Under the pieces are notes generated by a model, which saw nothing but the letters and a program-made list of their open reading frames with translations, was not told where the DNA came from and did no database searches. A program made the position numbers and the translations under genes. This document shows positions 59,401-64,000 of a stretch of DNA of 64,000 nt, one piece after another. Each line of letters starts with the position of its first letter. The stretch's first letter is position 1. Origin of the DNA: a virus; IMG/VR virus record IMGVR_UViG_3300030031_000041, positions 2,764-66,763 of that record; one strand, written 5' to 3'.

Positions 59401-60385
59401 TGCTGACGGAATGATACGTGCAACAATTTATACGGATTCCGGAAGAACTAAAATCGCCGATCAGCAGACATGGCAGGTTGCTGTTGACGTTGGCATGCTT
59501 ACGCAGGAGCAGATTGTTGAGATATTGTCTAATGACGGAGAATTTAAAGGTCTCTACTATCTGAATGGACATCTGTACATCAGTTTAGACGCATTGATGG
59601 GAAATGCCGCAATTCTAGGTGGAGCCAAAAACGGCAACGGATACCTAAAGATTAAAGATAAAAAAGGCACCGTGAAGGAACTGATAGATTACTCAGGCTA
59701 CACTGCATTTACAAGCTATGAAGAAAATTCTACGCGCATGAAATATACAGGAATTTGTTTTTCAGATACTGGAATAAATCCTGTTAGTGCCGAGAAATAC
59801 TTTAGCAGCACTGCGGATATTGAATACGTTGAAACGGCGTGGGGAATCGACTGGACTGCCGAAGAGCTTAATATTAGTGCAACAGAAGTATCGGCTGATA
59901 CCGGTACATTTGGAGATTTAACTGTTACTAATTCTGCATCTTTTGCAAAATCGCCAAAGATAGAAGACATGGAGTATACGACATCATCAAATACTATTTG
60001 TTGGGATGGACGTACAGGATACAAACAGCTGATGCTGAAATCTTCATCCTCGAAACGCTATAAAGATATTGGAAACGATATTTCAGAGCAAGAAATTGAA
60101 AACTGGTACAATATTGAACCAACGTGGGCGAAATATAAAGAGGGATATCTAGTTGAAGGGGACGAGAATGAAGGCAGATATATCCCGATGTTTATTGCTG
60201 AGAATGTAGAAGCATTCTTTCCAGAAGCTACTCGGTATCAAAACGGACTTGTTGAGGACTGGAACGAACGTATCATGATACCGGCAATGTTTGCGATGAT
60301 AAAAAGCCAGAAAAAACAGCTTGACCGACAGGAGAAACTAATTAATCAGCTCTATAAAAAGCTCAATATAGAAAAGGAGAATTAA
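56417..60385 (+). CDS. tail fiber/host-specificity protein with collagen-like GxPGKxG and repeated AYANSADGKT motifs
   Basis: 1322 aa; three repeats of Y(T/F)H(L/I)AYANSADGKT(D/E)FS. Confidence 0.7.
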   Translation: MRKLSNRWKEKVKNGMDVQYLKYADITLTDGTVLNLTSANLWQNGMEFEDSVSGDSSFDIGSAIINVLNLSINNFDGEYSDYDFEGAEVICYVGLQIEDEDTSELLDSDGEQILDSTGDTIIVHKNAVIEKTRICTVTVIEQPEDETVTIDLTCEDNMRKFDRNYSDSKLKYPATRGQIVRDACEVCGVTLQTTSFDRDDYIVQNRPNDEALTFRQVLQWVAQIGCQWMRCDEYGRLCINWYGSVNEEELTVDELGVLKTQDGSNVNLNFSNSDGALSADNGTLLENDGILRLFATDEKGNISEIETTYGFTPHHTDVVITGVKVTEYSESSSDNPQTYMVGTEGYVLGISGNKLIRVGDGQTIASMIAEKCVGMRFRPFESECPTDVALEAGDSLIIVDRNGKIYTSLLTTTTLKPGSGQKIACNAKSAAKNSSTQYSQATQAFVTARNMVKQEKTEREKALEEFGKRIDSATGVYTTEEIQEDGSRIFYLHDKPTLAESKAIWKMTSEAWGVSTDGGQTWNGGMTVDGDTIVRILNAVGVNATWINTGAITVKDANENILFQVDMDTKTVVIDPDVLIIGNMTLSEKLENMDENIASAKNMTFQLSNDMQTITSDADGNIPVFPTVATTAKVMYGSSDITNDCSYTITKSDSVTGSWDVDTHTYTVTGLSADNGWVDIKATYLINLSVTKRFTLAKQKQGLEGDKGLPGKSPTIRYASMPDGTDMSDNPKYVKLLDSAGNIISDSTGDIIYTSGEAFYVGFLKESAEVDSTNPSDYEWSRYKGTDGLTQYTHLAYANSADGKTDFSVDNPNREYIGMYVDFEEQDSTNPEKYAWTLVKGANGAQGVPGKPGTDGKTPYFHIAYANSADGKTEFSVDNSVDKLYIGQYTDYLPDDSTDPAKYSWTKIKGNDGTPGRTYYLRANAGVLMMGQDKKITPNPFNVHAYYRDGQGDEATFKTWWVVEYSKDAGKTWTKMAFNSQTSGITINPDSYSLGADGMIRATIYTDSGRTKIADQQTWQVAVDVGMLTQEQIVEILSNDGEFKGLYYLNGHLYISLDALMGNAAILGGAKNGNGYLKIKDKKGTVKELIDYSGYTAFTSYEENSTRMKYTGICFSDTGINPVSAEKYFSSTADIEYVETAWGIDWTAEELNISATEVSADTGTFGDLTVTNSASFAKSPKIEDMEYTTSSNTICWDGRTGYKQLMLKSSSSKRYKDIGNDISEQEIENWYNIEPTWAKYKEGYLVEGDENEGRYIPMFIAENVEAFFPEATRYQNGLVEDWNERIMIPAMFAMIKSQKKQLDRQEKLINQLYKKLNIEKEN

Positions 60386-60386
60386 C

Positions 60387-60884
60387 ATGGCAAAATTTAA
60401 TGAATACACAGTAAAGGCAACTCCAGAAGATGCAGATACCTTAATGCTCTATGATGCTGCATCAAAAACAAACAAACTTTCACCATTCAGCGGAATCTGG
60501 AACTGGATGGTCAATAAATTGACAAATGCAGTAATCAATAACTTGCAGACTTCAAACAAGACTGTAGTGGGGGCTCTTAATGAATTAAATAGTAAGCTCT
60601 TCTTTGATATTCGAAATCTTTCGACTTTTTCTGTGCAAGCCAAGCTTGAGAAAGAGAATTATACGTCTTTCCTTATGTACGGATCAACTTCCGCAAATAA
60701 TGGCTTTATGTATATTGTTTTTGTTAATAACGCTGCGGGAAAACGACAGGTCAGTTTTATTAAAATTGCAGATTTTGCGGCAACCAGGACTTTTTCAGGT
60801 ACATACAGTGATGACTCATCCACACTGACAATAAATTCCAATGAGACCATATGGGGAGGTATCAAATTGCTGATGATTAAATAG
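60387..60884 (+). CDS. hypothetical tail-associated protein
   Basis: ORF track. Confidence 0.45.
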   Translation: MAKFNEYTVKATPEDADTLMLYDAASKTNKLSPFSGIWNWMVNKLTNAVINNLQTSNKTVVGALNELNSKLFFDIRNLSTFSVQAKLEKENYTSFLMYGSTSANNGFMYIVFVNNAAGKRQVSFIKIADFAATRTFSGTYSDDSSTLTINSNETIWGGIKLLMIK

Positions 60885-60964
60885 TAATACTCCTGTTTAG
60901 TTAACTAAGGACTTTGAAAATTTCATAAAAATGTTTCATGATTTCATGAAAGGAGCTGATAAAT

Positions 60965-62440
60965 ATGGAAATTAAAGGAATTGACGTATCATCGTGGCAA
61001 GGGAAGATCGATTGGAATAAGGTTGCAAATTACGGAATGGATTTTGCAATCTTGAGAATTACAGAAGCCGGAAATGTTATTGATGGACAGTTCGAGAACA
61101 ACTTTGCCGGATGCAATAAATATAAAATTCCAGTAGGAGTATACAAGTATTCCTATGCTTCGACAGTATCCGAAGCCCGGAGTGAAGCCAGAAAGGTTGT
61201 TTCCGTACTGAACGGAAGAAAGATTCAGTTTCCAGTATTCCTCGACTTAGAGAATCATAGACAGAGAGTACTTGGAGCTGAAAGTATTCATAATCTGGCA
61301 GAAGCATTCAGAGAGATTATTGTTGCTGCTGGTTATAAATTTGCAATCTATTGCAATCTTGACTGGTACATGAATGTGATTTGCAGTCACCTCAAAAAGC
61401 ATGATTTCTGGATTGCCAGATATCCGGCAAATGATAACGGGACAGTAGTTGAGAGATTACGTCCAAGTTGGGGTGTTGGCTGGCAGTACAGCTCAAAAGC
61501 AACGATTCCAGGAATTAATACCAAAGTTGATAGAAATATATTTTATAAAGATTATACAGAAGCAAAGGAGAGTGGAACAATGGCAAAGACAAAAGAACAG
61601 ATTATCCAGAATGTGAAAAACGATGCAGTAAGCTTTGCGGTAAATATTGCCAATGATAACAGTCATGGATACAGTCAGAGAATTAGGAGTTTATACGAAA
61701 TTAACATTCCGAAATCTTTTGACTGTAGCTCATTGGCACTTACTGCTTATTACTATGCGTTCCTCAAAAATGGGCTTACCAAACAGGCGCGTTATCTCAA
61801 AGAGAATTGCTCTTATACTGGCAATATGCTCAAGATGCTGAATGCCGGATTTGAGGTTGTCGCTAGGAATCAGACCGCACACAAACAGATGATAAAAGGC
61901 GACCTGGAACTGGCGGACAATAATCCGAATGGATCCAATAGTCATGTAGCAATGGCGATTGGTAAGAACGACATTGTTCATGCCAGAAGTTCGGAGGGCA
62001 CAAAAGATACGAAAGATAATTCTGGAAATGAGATCCGTACACAGCCCTGGTACCTGTACAGTCACGGATGGACGCATCGTCTTAGATTTACTGGAAAAGG
62101 AATTGATTTTAGTGGACTTACCAATACTACTGGAAGTAAGCCTACCGCAAAACCATCAACTAGCACAAAACCATCAACGACCACATCGAAAGGAGCCGGT
62201 TATATGTTTGAGCCAAAATTAGTAAAACTTGGAAGCGAAGGAACTTCTGTCCTGTTGCTTCAAGAGATTTTGATCGCAAGAGGATTTAAAGGAAAAAACG
62301 GGAAAGCACTGAGCTTATCCAGAAAAGCAGATGCAAATACCATTTATGCATTAAAACAGTATCAGAAATCCAGAAACGGGGTTCTGAGCGTTGACGGGGA
62401 ATGCGGAAAGAACACCTGGAAAGATTTGATTGCCATCTAA
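60965..62440 (+). CDS. endolysin: GH25 muramidase N-terminus, middle domain, C-terminal peptidoglycan-binding repeat
   Basis: GIDVSSWQGKIDW..DFAILR (GH25 signature); PG_binding_1-like C-terminus. Confidence 0.7.
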   Translation: MEIKGIDVSSWQGKIDWNKVANYGMDFAILRITEAGNVIDGQFENNFAGCNKYKIPVGVYKYSYASTVSEARSEARKVVSVLNGRKIQFPVFLDLENHRQRVLGAESIHNLAEAFREIIVAAGYKFAIYCNLDWYMNVICSHLKKHDFWIARYPANDNGTVVERLRPSWGVGWQYSSKATIPGINTKVDRNIFYKDYTEAKESGTMAKTKEQIIQNVKNDAVSFAVNIANDNSHGYSQRIRSLYEINIPKSFDCSSLALTAYYYAFLKNGLTKQARYLKENCSYTGNMLKMLNAGFEVVARNQTAHKQMIKGDLELADNNPNGSNSHVAMAIGKNDIVHARSSEGTKDTKDNSGNEIRTQPWYLYSHGWTHRLRFTGKGIDFSGLTNTTGSKPTAKPSTSTKPSTTTSKGAGYMFEPKLVKLGSEGTSVLLLQEILIARGFKGKNGKALSLSRKADANTIYALKQYQKSRNGVLSVDGECGKNTWKDLIAI

Positions 62441-62630
62441 TAATTGGCTAATGGCATTGCCACCTTTTTGTCGCTGATAGGAACAAAAGACAAAACCGAC
62501 TGGTACTACATCCGCATTGCCGGAAAGTATTTCGGATTTGTTTCCACGAAATATATTTGCAAAGTGTGATAAATGTGATATAATAAATATACCATAATTC
62601 AACTCCTCCCCAGAGTTTGGATATGAACTC

Positions 62631-62682
62631 AAAAAAGAGATGATCTGTTTCTATTCCTTGACAGATCATCTCTTTTATTTTA
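62631..62682. terminator. bidirectional intrinsic terminator between convergent genes
   Basis: 13-bp stem AGAGATGATCTGT/ACAGATCATCTCT with A-run and T-run flanks. Confidence 0.6.
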
Positions 62683-63387
62683 TTTAATAATATATTCCCA
62701 ATATTGATTTTTAATATCCGCATATCCGTTCTTACGAATCAGTACTTTATCACCAGAAAACATCGTAAAATCAGAATCCAGCTTTTGCACATAATCCATG
62801 TTTACAACAAATGACTTATGGCAACGCAAAAACCGTTTATCAAGGTAAGGCTCAACCGACTTTAAAGTTGCATACATACTGTGCATAATCCCGTTCGTGC
62901 AATGAACAAAAACTTGCTTATCCCGTGCTTCGAGGTACTCGATTTTGTTCAATGGAATCCTTATAATGCAATCTCTGTGTCTGATTGTGAGCATCTTGTG
63001 TTTCATATCACTCAAGGTATTGTCAATCATAGAAAACATTCTTCCGTGTTCATTTCCCTTGATGATATAATGCGTAAATTCAACATCCAACGCATCAAAA
63101 ACAAAATCCTTGTGAGCTGTCCAGAAAGCAATTTTGCCCTTATATCCACACTCTCGGAGTTCTTTGGCAATATCCACGCCATTTTCGTTTTTAAGTATTA
63201 CATCCAAGACAATCATATCAAACCATTTTCCGTCCTTAACATCATCTATCAAGGGTTCCCCACTGAAATAACCGTCTATCGTATAATTCCGGTCACCGTT
63301 TTGCTTCAAAAACGGTTCAATCCGATGCTTAAAATACTCAACCTGTAGTTCACAATCGTCACAAATAGCAATTTTCATAGTAATCAC
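62680..63387 (-). CDS. LytTR-family two-component response regulator
   Basis: N-terminal receiver (IAICDDCE, D residues), C-terminal LytTR DNA-binding domain. Confidence 0.7.
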   Translation of the reverse strand: MITMKIAICDDCELQVEYFKHRIEPFLKQNGDRNYTIDGYFSGEPLIDDVKDGKWFDMIVLDVILKNENGVDIAKELRECGYKGKIAFWTAHKDFVFDALDVEFTHYIIKGNEHGRMFSMIDNTLSDMKHKMLTIRHRDCIIRIPLNKIEYLEARDKQVFVHCTNGIMHSMYATLKSVEPYLDKRFLRCHKSFVVNMDYVQKLDSDFTMFSGDKVLIRKNGYADIKNQYWEYIIK

Positions 63388-63622
63388 CTTCCGTTTATCG
63401 CCTACGCTTCAACTTTCATCAGATTATCCTCATCTAATCAATTAATTATGGTAATATAGTAGCACTGAAACGGAAATGTGTAAATAGTTCAGCGAAATTT
63501 CGAAAAAATTCGACATATTAATTCGTTGGTACAGCCTGCCAGATTGCTCTGGGGAGGAACGTGATCGTGAATGCAGGTTTTACCATAAAAAGAGCCGAGG
63601 ATTTTACTCCCCGGCTCTTTGC

Positions 63623-64000
63623 TTACTGCAATTTAATTAATACTTTTTCATCAGTCCAGACGTTGGCAGTATACTCCAATTCTACAGACTGAGAATCAAT
63701 TGGTATACTGTAATATGTAGAAAAAGAAACACTTCTTCCAGAGGAAAGATTAGTATTTATGAAACCTCTGTTATCCAAACCATATGTTTGTTCACAAGTT
63801 TGATTATCAGCATAGCACTTAAAGTCATAGATACTTGCGTACTTGTCTGTGTTTCCAACATTATTGTATGTAAAAGATACCTTTGCATATTTCATTCCAT
63901 CGGCAGGCGTATAAAGCCCGTATTCGTCTTCGTAATCCTGAAAATCAGTGTCCGCATCATCTACAGTGATTTGCAACCCGTTAACTTCAAATGTAGATCC
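63623..64000 (-). CDS. hypothetical protein, 5-prime partial (continues beyond window)
   Basis: minus-strand frame open to window end. Confidence 0.4.
   Translation of the reverse strand, partial: GSTFEVNGLQITVDDADTDFQDYEDEYGLYTPADGMKYAKVSFTYNNVGNTDKYASIYDFKCYADNQTCEQTYGLDNRGFINTNLSSGRSVSFSTYYSIPIDSQSVELEYTANVWTDEKVLIKLQ

Overview
The window looks like a temperate siphovirus-type phage or prophage genome from a low-GC Firmicutes (Clostridia-like) host, read from the sequence alone. Nearly all genes are on the + strand and tightly packed, often with overlapping start and stop codons.

Gene content, left to right:
- An early/accessory region holding a complete diversity-generating retroelement (two tandem target genes, avd, TR, reverse transcriptase), many small Zn-ribbon, DUF551-like and Lar-like proteins, an MBL-fold hydrolase, a frameshifted SSB and a GIY-YIG nuclease.
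- A replication module: a replisome organizer carrying a palindromic iteron inside its own gene, and a DnaC-like loader.
- A lysogeny region: a large serine recombinase bracketed by an 18-bp inverted repeat, a GC-richer four-gene minus-strand cassette, a duplicated consensus promoter/operator around a ribbon-helix-helix (RHH) gene, and an XRE regulator next to a small resolvase-type serine recombinase.
- About 2 kb of structured non-coding sequence carrying four tRNAs (Gln plus three CAT-anticodon) and tRNA-like elements.
- A small nucleotidyltransferase-type RNA-ligase-like protein and an SPFH protein.
- The late region: large terminase, portal, scaffold, major capsid, tail genes, a tail chaperone with a textbook U UUU UUA -1 slippery site, a tape measure gene split by a 314-nt intervening sequence flanked by an in-frame 7-bp repeat, a long tail fiber with repeated motifs, and a GH25-type endolysin. 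A LytTR response regulator sits at the right edge.

The late region is punctuated by intrinsic terminators. It also carries three copies of a conserved box + promoter + leader hairpin element whose stems covary.
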